DNA of 64,000 nt from contig OZ320315.1 in assembly GCA_976226885.1 (NCBI GenBank), positions 43,090,001 through 43,154,000 of the forward strand. Reading direction: 5' to 3'. Below, in pieces: positions 53,071-63,335 of the stretch; the first letter of the stretch is position 1; the number at the start of each line of letters is the position of its first letter. The notes beneath the pieces are model-generated. The model had not been told where the DNA came from. It did not search any database and was given only the letters and a program-made list of their open reading frames with translations. The translations under genes were made by a program, and so were the position numbers. This DNA is from Iphione sp. A-MEVVRFRX5. Lineage: Eukaryota.

Positions 53071-55398
53071 TCATGAAAATTCCATTTTGAAAGTTCCGTT
53101 ACCATGTTTCACAATGAGAATTCTTATGCTATCAGGAAGTGTTATAGAAAGCGTTTCTCCTTGGTTTTCTGCTTCTGCTTTACTGTTACTGACTTTTGAG
53201 TTTACAGAAATTTCACTTCTCGGTTGTACATTTTCTGGAGGTTTTTGTGATTGTTCTTCAATCTGAGCATGTAATAAATCGAGTCCCAAGTCAAAACTGG
53301 CGACGTCTTCATTCTGGTCTTTCTGTTTGGGTGCCTCTGGACACATAGCGGATTGGGCTGGTACGGATTGGGCTGGTACGGATTGGGCTGGTACCTCTGC
53401 TGATACGTCTGCCGCAGGTACACTGGGTAGGGGCGGCTGCAATAGATCACTCACACGTTGTTGCATATCAATAGATTCCCTTTTGTAATTTCTTATTGCA
53501 GAAGATCTATGACCACTACGTACTGCAATGGCTTGCTCATCTATTCCCTTTTCATATAGTCTCGTACAAAGGGTCGCTTTACCCGAATGCCCTGTAATAT
53601 GGCGTCCCTCCATATTAATGCCCGCTTCTGTACACATTTTGTACATGTACTTATCTAGTGTATGAATTCCCACCGGTTGTAAAGAAAATGATATCTTCCC
53701 CTCCAGATTTGGTAATGGTCTTCTATAAAAACGTCCTTCAGTGGGAACTTCGTCCAAATATTTTTTGAACAGATTCACAATACAACGAGGGTTATGAGGA
53801 TTGCTATAGTGGCGAACAAGTCTTGGCTTTGCCTTACACTCATTGGCTCCTGTTACTGCTTTGGCTAGACGCCCATGATAGGTCATATACTCCCGATTTT
53901 CTTGATCCAAATCAATTGAATATTGTGAGACATCTAAATTACCATGCTCATCCCTGGCACGAAAGCCAAATATTTTGCAATTATAAAAGTATGTGCCATA
54001 AGATAAACCTTTGGCTGTATTAACATTAATAACCCCAGAATCCCATAGTTGTCTCTCGTCTTGCTCCGTGATAACATCGGCCCTTTTGGGATGAGTGCCC
54101 ATACCTGTGGCTATTAGTTCCTTTCTACGTGCATCCAACGCATCGCGAAAAGTTTTGAAGTACGTGTCGTCTTTCTTGAGGAGCCACACATCTCGTTTCC
54201 CTAATTCGTCTCGAATATGTCTCTGCAACCCTGCTGCTATACTTGTCAGAGAACCTGCAAAATAAATCAGTATGTTAGAAATATTTCAAGGCTATTTTCC
54301 TTTCTGTTTCCCTCATCTTTATAGATATTTACCTGGGGGGTATGGACTGCCGTCTTTTTTACACACTTCTGTTATAAACTGGGCTAACCAGTAATCTAAC
54401 AGATAGTATTCTTGGTGATCCAGACCAGGTATGGGCCAATTAGTGTCTTCTCTTGTTGCAGGGTGCCAATTGCGCCATACTCGCCAATCACGAAAAATAG
54501 CCACAGCCCAGCACGAGGATGATCGAGTTGACTTCGGTATGCGACGTTTGATACGTTCCTCTAACTCTTTTCCGGTTTGCAACACACCAAATCGTTCAGG
54601 CCCTGTGGATCCTTGTCTGGTTCCTTCATCAATGGGTCGAATCGGCCTCTCTATAAATATGCAAAGGCAATGTATCAATATTGAGCCACATTTCCATTTC
54701 TAGTACAATTTACTTTCCAAACCGAAATTACCAAAATCAACCATGACATTTACCTGATCCAGCCGCAGATGACACCACTCGAGGTTGTTTAGGAGGTACA
54801 GGTTCCGATATAGTCCGACCAAGCACAGGACGTAGCTGTTTTTCTGGAACAGAAATATTGGAAAGTAAATAACCCAAAATACCCATTTTAGTGACATTCT
54901 ATATATTATCACAACATTTAATACACAACAAACCTACTTACCAGAACCAGCGGCAGCTGAAACGGTAGATGATCGTTTCGAACTATCTTTCCTCTCTGAT
55001 CCAGATTCAGCTGAAAACACAATAAATAATACTATTCTCATTCAACAATAAAACATTCTACATAAATAAAATCCATTCCAATTTGCCTAAGAAATACTTG
55101 AAAGTCCACATGGAAAAAAGCAATTACCAGATGCAGTAGCCGCAGAAACCACTCGTGTAGGGTGTGGAGGCGAACGATCGACACTAGCACTAGCCTTTGC
55201 CGAAATCGCAGTAATAACATCAGAAACCGGTGTAGAAGAACCCTGAGGAAATTCTTCCCATAAAACCTCCAATTGAGCTTCCTCCTCATCCTGAGAAAAC
55301 TCGTCGTCCTTCTTGTCACCATGAAAGACCTCAGGAGGCACTTCCACTTGACTCAAGGTCCTCTCCTCGAAAGAGTTGTTCACTGAAGATTCAGCCAT
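53071..55398 (-). CDS. Crypton-type tyrosine recombinase (DUF3504-like), spliced, 643 aa
   Basis: Manually assembled exons (minus): 55398-55128, 55010-54942, 54843-54754, 54650-54333, 54254-53071. Four GT-AG phase-1 introns of 117, 98, 103 and 78 nt give a stop-free 1932-nt CDS. YR catalytic-type motifs GFRARDEH, ITGHSGKAT, RSGHRS and AIRNYKR. Upstream Crypton-like segment IPKSTRSSSCWAVAIFRDW...LDYWLAQFITEVCKKDGSPYPP. Confidence 0.9.
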
Positions 55399-55654
55399 GT
55401 CCAGCAACGATACGTTCACCACGAGAGTTACACATAAAGTGTACAGTACATTATTCGAGCAGCCTTTTTATAATGTCCGATCAGCACCTGCCACGTGTAC
55501 AATTCTAAATTGGAGCCGAAAACACAGACAAAACAATATCCTTGATCGCACTTCAGCCGCGTCACCCGAGCCAATTGCAATTTATAGTTCGCGCACCCCT
55601 AGGCATTGAGTAATAAAACCTACTTGACTGGTACACGGCAGTGCCATTGGCGAC

Positions 55655-55773
55655 TCAAACCTTCTAGACTGATAGGGGGGGGGGGTGCATTCAAACCTTC
55701 TAAACCATTCAAACCTTCTAAACCGAGAGCTCGGGGGGGCATTGAAACCTTTGAAACCTTCTAAACCGAGAGC
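55655..55773. repeat. Short repeats (AAACCTTCTAAACC, about 4 copies) upstream of the Crypton gene
   Basis: Directly visible repeated motif between the ATG and the terminal hairpin. Confidence 0.75.
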
Positions 55774-55871
55774 TGGGCCATGAGAGCCACCTCGTCTATC
55801 GACTCGGTGGACCAATGCTTCTTGGGGTAATCGACAAATCGTACAGTTGTTGGGGGGGGTGGGTTTAAATC

Positions 55872-55974
55872 AGATAATGTCCTCGGACCTGTACATTATG
55901 GGTTATATAATGTACTCGGCGCCCTGGCGCCTCGTCCATTATAACCCATAATGTACGGTCCTCGTACATTATCT
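55872..55974. repeat. Crypton subterminal imperfect palindrome (~103 bp)
   Basis: AGATAATGTCCTCGGACCTGTACATTATGGGTTATATAATGTACTCGGCGCC-CT-GGCGCCTCGTCCATTATAACCCATAATGTACGGTCCTCGTACATTATCT. The arms are near reverse complements, built from repeated ATAATG(T/G)(A/C)C motifs. Confidence 0.9.
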
Positions 55975-58900
55975 ACCATTTAACTGTCAGGAGACCCAAC
56001 ATAACCTCCTACACTTGCTCGCATAACGCTGCTCTGGCTGTGGTGTACAACTTGTCAGCAATTCCGTGACGTAAACCGACACGACAAAGTATCCGACACT
56101 ACAGTGTTCAAGTGATTGCGAATACACGGGTAGGTTTGTCTACTCGACACACTGCTGAAGTGGTCACTCCTCATAACGCCATTTACCGTCATTGCTTATG
56201 TCTGCATGCGTCCACTTTAAAGAAAAAAAAATGTAGAGTGCTTTCATGTAATTTGATTTAGACGTGTCTGTTCCACATGCAGCTGTTTGGTGTGTGATGT
56301 TCAATGCTACGTGCAGCTTAGAGAGAATGACATTGATAACTAGAGAGAGAATAGCAAGATTATTATCATTATCCACGACATGAACGCTAGTGCCACGGAC
56401 GACAAAGAAGGTACAGAGATAGACATATTGACACGAAACTAACAAGCTTTCATTAGGTGTTTATTTGATTGATTTTGCATTTTCATAAGTTAACATATGT
56501 ATACCTGACGACAAGAGAGGTGACACCACAATAAACAGTAGGTTCATAGTTTTTTTTCAAGTTTTTGTTTCAAGGAGTATCCACTAGAAGTTGTTGTTTT
56601 CATCACGAAATTATATTTGCCTGATTCGTCTGTTTGACAGTTGACTCCCTCACGTCGTAACTTGCTTACCTCACGATGTGGGTTCGTCCCTGATGTACTT
56701 ATCAGAGGCTCTATCTTATCGTCCTGCTGTACTCACCTGGCACAGTTTGCATTTAATCACTGTAATGTATCAATCATTAACCTTCCTGGATAGTGAAAGT
56801 AGAAATACTCTATCTACTAATAGATTGGTTTTTAAATGCCTGAGCCCTTGTTAAATTCAGTCTCAGGGGGCGATTTTTTTTCCGTTTCATTAAATATCAC
56901 AATATTGGGGCTAATACCTTAACAATAGTCTTCTTTGTATGCGCTCTCACCCTTGAACATCCAGAGATGAGGTCAGTGAGGCAATTTAAACCTTTCATGC
57001 GCATTCTCCAAAGATGAAAGGGTATTGTCTCAAACTTTCTATAAAATAAAACAAGTATATATTTTTTTAATAAAGCGGAGATGTTTTGACCACTAGAGAC
57101 CCTGACTCACTGAAGTGGAAGCCGCTCTCCTCCTACGAGCTCCGTGTGCAGAGGTGAAGGCCCTGCTTCCTGTAATCAAAGGAGACGGCCTGACGCCTGC
57201 CGTCCAGACATCGGCCAAACTGCAGACTCGAACTATTCGGTCAGGCCTTGCTGCTGTCATCGCCTCGGCCCAAGCCACTGCTGCACGGCTCATTTGAGAG
57301 GTGACCAGGCCAGAGGGTCACCTACTTCTACTTTTTACGCCCCCCCCCCTCCCGTCGTCTACTGGTAGACATATGTCCATCACTGCTGCACCCGAGAATA
57401 AAGACGTCCGGCTGCCCAGTGAAAATAAGCAGCAGGCCGTACTACTTCTAGTACTAGTAGTACTAATACTAGCGGTGGAGAGATAAAACTGCCATGCACA
57501 GTTTGTTTATGTAGAGAGAAATACAAGTTCATAGCACTAGAGGTCCATGCACAGCGGCCGTCTTTCCATGTGTCAAACAACTCGGTCCTGGATGTGTGGC
57601 TGTGATTCGCAAGAAAAACCAGAAACATTTGCTATGTGCCTATCCATGGGTCCGGACATCACCCATATGGATGAGTGAGCATAATGCTGATCAGTTGTAG
57701 ACCTGTTCTCCAGCGTGCATGAGACTCTGGTCCTAGCTGTCAAGATGGTCTCCATGGGTTGCTTTGCCTATTGTGTAGTTGATTCGTGTGCATGGAGAGA
57801 CCATCATGGAGGATTTTCCTGGAGAATCATCCATGATGATATGAAACACTGCACCGTGCAGTATGTACTGTGTTAAATACCGGTACATGGAAAACACTGC
57901 CTTACTTTCCATTGTGAATTTAATGTTAGGTAAACTCTTTACATTTAGAATTAGGCAGGTAATTCAACAACCGTACGAAATTATTCGTTGCAATTTACTC
58001 AATAGTGCCAGTGTTTACTCTCATGCTACATACATGTATTACAGATTGTGTAACACAATGAATCTAATCATGCCCATCCGAGGGGCGTCAACAGTGCAGT
58101 AGAACCCGGAACACTGCACCGATATGACCTCTAGAACACTCCACAGGCATGAAATAAATGTATATTATACGTGTACTGTATATGTGCATGTACGTCAGCA
58201 TTCTGACGTCGACAGAATGTTTTAGCGAGCATGCATATCAAGAACATTGTACTTAGCTCTCCGTATATGCAACAGAATCTTATTTGTTGAGGGTGAAGAA
58301 GTTCGAAACGTGACTGATATAATAGATAAAAAGGTAAGTGGGTGACATAAAAATGACGTCCTCAGGTTCCACGTGGCATTTCTTTTACATATTTGCTGCT
58401 TCAAAGAGTCGATCTGCGTTTAGTTGTTTATCCGAACTATTTAATTCTTCTCGGTCAGTGAATTGCTGTATAAGGGAAACACTTAATATATGCATATTGT
58501 AGTGTTAACAATGCAATAAGGAACATCCTCATAGCCTAGCCCATGCTTCCTTAGGTGCACATTCCAGTGGCCTGGTGAAACGTGCCCTCATTGCTCCTAT
58601 GTTAAGTACATCATATATGTAGTTCCATGTATCGGTATGCATTTTCGGGATAGAGGGTTACGTTACTGCACCCCTGAACACAGCCTGAATAGGCTGGAAC
58701 AGATCCGCACAGGGATCATATTAACGACTGTCACAGCACCATCCAAACATATATGCATATGGGTTATACGTTTTAGCGCAGAATTTGTACACATCGGGCA
58801 CGTATATGTGCATTTTTCCATGTGCACACTGATTTGAATGCATCCACTGATATCAACGTCAAGCGGTGCATTTCTTTTCCGTGTGTGCATGTGTGTGTGT

Positions 58901-60274
58901 GTGTGTACATAAATCGTCTCATGTTCAATAGGAGGTGTATTAATTCACTGATTTTGGAGGGGCACCAATTTGCCTAGCCTAGCCGCGTACAAAATAGGGG
59001 TATCACCATGTCGACATGGTGGGTTTTACGTGTACACGTTGATCTTTTCATGCACTTACACCGTTGTGTGAAACTCACCATTAAGATGCATACATGTAAT
59101 GATATAATACCAGATGTCCTCTTGCAGTGCTTTCCTATGGGATAGTGCATCCATTTGTGTTGTAACCCATCCCAGATGGATTGGCGAAACGCAAATGGAT
59201 GCGTTTTTCCTATGCTAATGTGAGCATGTCAAGAGAGTAACTAAAAGCCTTGGTTCAGATTGTTATGCGATCACATAAACACATCCTTTAGGTGGTCTTT
59301 CCATACATCCGAATATTCTGCAAGACAGCGGGGTGTCCACGGACGAAACGCAGCCGTGTGCGTGAAGGCCTTTCCATGTGGCCGTGGTCAATACAATAGA
59401 TGAAACGACCCCTAGGGGAACTCTTGAGAACTGATATTGGTAGAAAATGATAGTATCACGCACCACGCACACGGATCCGGGGCCGGGGAGACCGGACAAT
59501 GTTGGATTTTGACAACGGACGCGGACCCTTGTGCGTGAAATACGCACACATTGGTAGGGTTCATTGAAATACAGTGAGCTGAGTTATCACACACTGACGA
59601 CCCCGGTTCCGTGTGCGTAATCTACGGATGTATGGAAAGACCACCTTAGTGTTATCAATGTGTACACATGTAAAACTTACCTTGTGAATAAAATGGAAAC
59701 TGGACATGTCCAGTCTGATAAAAGGGAAAAACACCCATAATTGCATCCATCGCCGTTGATGTTTGAATCAGTGGGCACATAGAAAATGCACCTCAGTGAG
59801 GGGTAGACATGACCAACTTGTTATACCACAACTCCTGCTAAGGCCATCGTTATTAAAGGTCATTAGTATGTATGGCCAGTGTTTTATTACGCCTCTGTTG
59901 ATATAGGATTCAGTGGTAGGTAGCTGCACGCAGCTGGGTCTAGCCCTTATATCAGGGGGGCACTCGATACACTCTCGTAGTAATAGATAGGCTAAGGCCC
60001 ATCCACTGCCGATGTCCATGGCAACGTGCCTCAGGTTACCAGCGGGCTGAGTGGTCATCGTCAGAGCACTCCAGGCCCCGTTTACGCCGACATTGTGTAC
60101 ATAGTGGCTATACCTATTTCGTAATGACCTGCACTTCAACGAATATTTACGAAAATAACCTGGGTTTAGGGCTCCAACTCCAGATCGTCACATCTGTAGG
60201 CCGCGCACCCATCCAAAATTTTAACAGTTCTGAGAGACGGAGGGACTGATAGAGGTATTTGTCAGAAGCATGTA

Positions 60275-60330
60275 CAGTGGAACCCCAATAATACAGTCAC
60301 CCTCTGTTCCAAACAAAAGGGGCTGCAATG
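60275..60330 (+). mobile_element. Orphan Tigger-like terminal fragment
   Basis: TA followed by CAGTGGAACCCCAATAATACAGTCACC, resembling the TIR of the MITE at 26063. No partner TIR seen in the window. Confidence 0.45.
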
Positions 60331-60440
60331 GCCTGTTAACCGCCTAGCTGAGTACAGGCGAACCCGCCTATTGCGACCACCTAAGGGACTGAGCCTAAGT
60401 GGTCGCATTAGGCAGGTGGTCGCCCAAGGCATTGGGTGCC

Positions 60441-60795
60441 TCCCTCTCTCTCTATGTCCCTCTCTCTGTATCCCTCTCTCTCTCTATGTCCCTCTCTCTG
60501 TATCCCTCTCTCTCTCTATGTCCCTCTCTCTGTATCCCTCTCTCTCTCTATGTCCCTCTCTATGTGTCCTTCTCTATGGGGAATATTATGGGGAAAAGAA
60601 GTCTGAATCAACTGAATATTATGGGGAAAAAGTCCAAGTTAACTGAATATTATGGGGAAAAAGTCCAAGTTAACTGAATATTATGGGGAAAAAGTCCAAG
60701 TTAACTGAATATTATGGGGAAAAGAAGTCTAAATTAACTGAATATTATGGGGAAAAGAAGTCTAAATTAACTGAATATTATGGGGAAAAGAAGTG
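60441..60795. repeat. Two adjacent minisatellites inside the Tigger 3' region
   Basis: ~32-bp (CCCTCTCTCTCTATGTCCCTCTCTCTGTAT)-like units at 60441-60560, then ~31-bp (AACTGAATATTATGGGGAAAAAGTCCAAGTT)-like units, about 7 copies, at 60579-60795. Confidence 0.9.
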
Positions 60796-60864
60796 TACAT
60801 GTACATTAACTGAATGTAAAATGAAGAAATACAACTGACTTCAAGAATAACATTTACATACATT

Positions 60865-60870
60865 TATTGC
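60865..60870 (-). terminator. Putative poly(A) signal of the transposase mRNA
   Basis: Minus-strand AATAAA ~55 nt after the stop codon, followed by T/G-rich sequence. Confidence 0.5.
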
Positions 60871-60925
60871 AATGAGAAATGGATATGCTTAATAAATAAA
60901 TTGTATCATAGTCCATGTGGATCAG

Positions 60926-62521
60926 TTACTCCTTCTTAAAAAACTGGTGGAGTGTTGGCTGTACCCTGATCCTTTGGGCCTGGTTTTTCTCAAGAATGTT
61001 AATAATGTCCATGACAGGGTCCAATGCAGGGGCAATACCCTTGGACAGGCAATACACCCTAACATGATCCAGCATGTTGAGGATCTCATGATGATTGTGC
61101 TGGCTTCCTGGGATGGGATCATCATCAGCATCATCATCATCATCACCATCCCTGGATTCCTCATCTGGTACCTGTAGACCAGCCTTCTCCTTGGCCTCCT
61201 CAATGATACGTTGTTCCCACCCCATGTCCTGGGGATCATGAGATGGGCAGCTGGTCATCTCCTCATAGTCCTCCCTGGTCAGAGCTGTCCCTGGGAGGTG
61301 AAGTCCTTCATGTGTCCTTCTGAGGAGCTCTGCCAGGGGGATCTCCTCCTCATCTTCCTCCTCAGGCTGTGACTGGCTGAGGTCAGCATCACCTGGGTCA
61401 GGGGATACTCCTGCCTTCTTGAAGCACTTGAAGACTGTGCTGGCTGGCACAGCCTTCACAGCTGCCTTCATCCAGGTGATGGCCATGTGGACATCAACAC
61501 TTTTGATGATCTGCTGGGAGTCTGCTCCACTGTCCAACTTGGCCAGCACATGCCTGAGGACTGCTTTCTGATAGTGGCTCTTCACACATTTGATGATCCC
61601 CTGGTCAAGGGGCTGCAGCAGGGAAGTGGTGTTGGCAGGGAGGAAGACCAACTTCACATTGGACACCTTCAGATGATGTGGATGTGAAGGGGCATTGTCC
61701 AAGATCAATGCCACTTTCCTGCCCTGGGCCTTCATCTTCTTGTTGAAGGCCTGGAGCCACTCCTCAAAGATTGAAGAGACCATCCAGGCCTTCTTGTTGG
61801 ACCTCCATGTCACTGGTAAATCATTGAGGTCCAAATTCCTGAAGGCCCTGGGTCTTGCAGCCTTCCCAATGACCAGGGGCTTCTCAAAGTGTCCAGCCAT
61901 TGATACACAGAGGGCAAGAGTCAACCTCTCCTTACTCTTCTTACCCCCAGCTGTGTCACTGCCCTTCACAGCAAGGGTTCTGTCTGGGAGGACCCGGAAG
62001 AAGATACCAGTCTCATCCATGTTGAAGATGTCTTCTTCCTTGTATCCCTCAAGGAGGGTGGGCAGCCTCTCATGCCACTGCTCTACTGCCCCCTCAGGGA
62101 CACTGGCCCTCTCTCCAGACAACTTGACCCCTGAGATGCAGTGCCTCTTCTTGAATCTGTGGAGCCATCCCTCAGAGGCAGAGAAGTTGTCTATCCCCAG
62201 TTCCTTGCTGATATGCTGGGCTCTCTCCCTGATCAATGGTCCTGAGACAGGGACCTGGGAATCCCTGGCTGTCTGAAACCAGGTGAAGACTGTCTCATCC
62301 ATGAGGGTGAGGTCAGGGGATAGATGTCTTCTCTTGGCCTGAGGGTTGAAGGACCTATCAAAGTCCTCCATGATGGATGCCTTCCTCTTCAAGATGTTGT
62401 GGACTTGGGTCTTGCCTATGTTGAATTGGCTGGCAAGAGTCCTCTGACTTTTACCCTCACTAGCCTGGATCAGTTTCACCTTCTCAGCAAGACACAGTTC
62501 TCTTCTCTTGGGGGAAGACAT
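60926..62521 (-). CDS. pogo/Tigger-family transposase (CENP-B-like HTH + DDE_1), 531 aa, intact
   Basis: Uninterrupted ORF. N-terminal psq/CENP-B HTH (RRELCLAEKVKLI...LASQFNIGKTQVHNILK), second HTH (FSASEGWLHRFKKRH) and catalytic motifs NMDETG, ILDNAPSH and LQPLDQG. There are 30 residues between the 2nd and 3rd Asp (DD30D). Acidic C-terminal tail. Confidence 0.96.
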   Translation of the reverse strand: MSSPKRRELCLAEKVKLIQASEGKSQRTLASQFNIGKTQVHNILKRKASIMEDFDRSFNPQAKRRHLSPDLTLMDETVFTWFQTARDSQVPVSGPLIRERAQHISKELGIDNFSASEGWLHRFKKRHCISGVKLSGERASVPEGAVEQWHERLPTLLEGYKEEDIFNMDETGIFFRVLPDRTLAVKGSDTAGGKKSKERLTLALCVSMAGHFEKPLVIGKAARPRAFRNLDLNDLPVTWRSNKKAWMVSSIFEEWLQAFNKKMKAQGRKVALILDNAPSHPHHLKVSNVKLVFLPANTTSLLQPLDQGIIKCVKSHYQKAVLRHVLAKLDSGADSQQIIKSVDVHMAITWMKAAVKAVPASTVFKCFKKAGVSPDPGDADLSQSQPEEEDEEEIPLAELLRRTHEGLHLPGTALTREDYEEMTSCPSHDPQDMGWEQRIIEEAKEKAGLQVPDEESRDGDDDDDADDDPIPGSQHNHHEILNMLDHVRVYCLSKGIAPALDPVMDIINILEKNQAQRIRVQPTLHQFFKKE

Positions 62522-62524
62522 CTT

Positions 62525-62812
62525 GAAGTGCTGGAGTGGTCGGCAGAAGTGCTGGAGTGGTCGGCAGAAGGTCTGGAGCAGTCGGCAGAAGTGCTGGAGT
62601 GGTGGGCAGAAGTGCTGGAGTGGTCGGCAGACGTGACGGCGCGGTCGGCAGAAGGTCTGGAGTGGTGGGCAGAAGTGCTGGAGTGGTCGGCAGACGTGAC
62701 GGTGCGGTCGGCAGAAGGTCTGGAGCAGTCGGCAGAAGTGCTGGAGTGGTGGGCAGAAGTGCTGGAGTGGTCGGCAGACGTGACGGCGCGGTCGGCAGAA
62801 GGTCTGGAGCAG
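62525..62812. repeat. 21-bp variant minisatellite (~14 units) in the transposase 5'UTR
   Basis: Units such as GAAGTGCTGGAGTGGTCGGCA, GAAGGTCTGGAGCAGTCGGCA and GACGTGACGGCGCGGTCGGCA, directly abutting the ATG. Confidence 0.9.
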
Positions 62813-62819
62813 TGCTGGT

Positions 62820-62853
62820 GAATGATTCAGAGGTTCAGCTGTGCTCCCTTATA
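62820..62853 (-). promoter_or_regulatory. Putative TATA box + Initiator of the Tigger transposase
   Basis: Minus-strand TATAAG (62853-62848) and TCATTC (62825-62820; matches invertebrate Inr TCAKTY). The Inr A (62823) lies 30 nt from the first T of TATA. Confidence 0.6.
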
Positions 62854-62874
62854 TCCCACCGTGGAGCCAGGAAA

Positions 62875-63335
62875 CCCTCAAACAAGCGCGACAGGAGCTC
62901 CTCTAAGGTCGGTTCCCATCAAATTGGCGGGTATCAGGGCCGGTGGTCGCCCCGGATACCCTCAAACAAGCGCGACAGGAGCTCCTCTAAGGTCGGTTCC
63001 CTTCAAATTGGCGGGTATCAGGGCCGGTGGTCGCCCTGGATACCCTCAGAAAACGCTAACTTTGCTTGAGCCCCCGCCGTCAGACCCTCAAATAGGCAGG
63101 ACACAAGCCCGTGGTCGCCCCAGATACCCTCAAACAAGCATGACAGAAGTTCCTCTAAGGTTGTTTTCATAGAGTTTTGTGGATACCGGGGCCGGCGGTC
63201 GCCCCGGATACCCTCAGACAAGCACGACAGGAGTTCCTCTAGGGTTGTTTTCATAGTGTTTCGTGGGTATCAGGGCCGGCGGTCGCCCGGATACCCTCAG
63301 AAAATGCTAACTTTGCTTGAGCCCCCGCCGTCAGG
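62875..63335. repeat. ~84-bp degenerate tandem repeats upstream of the Tigger promoter
   Basis: CCCTCAAACAAGCGCGACAGGAGCTCCTCTAAGG...GGGTATCAGGGCCGGTGGTCGCCC recurs at 62875 and 62959, with diverged copies to ~63335. Confidence 0.85.

Larger units (their letters stand above)
52724..55983 (-). mobile_element. Putative full-length Crypton element (~3.26 kb)
   Basis: TTAA at 52724-52727 and 55980-55983, and no TIR. Homology to the copy at 19409 starts exactly at TTAAA, which fixes the left boundary. Large hairpin next to the right TTAA. Contains the YR gene. Confidence 0.75.

Noticed and set aside
57115-57297. Ala/Leu-rich 60-aa frame resembling a retroelement gag piece
   Set aside because: Short, stop-bounded, and has no diagnostic motif.
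60579-60795. CRISPR-like ~31-bp repeats
   Set aside because: Repeats are head-to-tail without unique spacers, there are no cas genes, and the context is eukaryotic.
61695-63069. Plus-strand ORFs of 193, 165 and 177 aa
   Set aside because: Antisense shadow of the transposase and translations of the 21-bp minisatellite.
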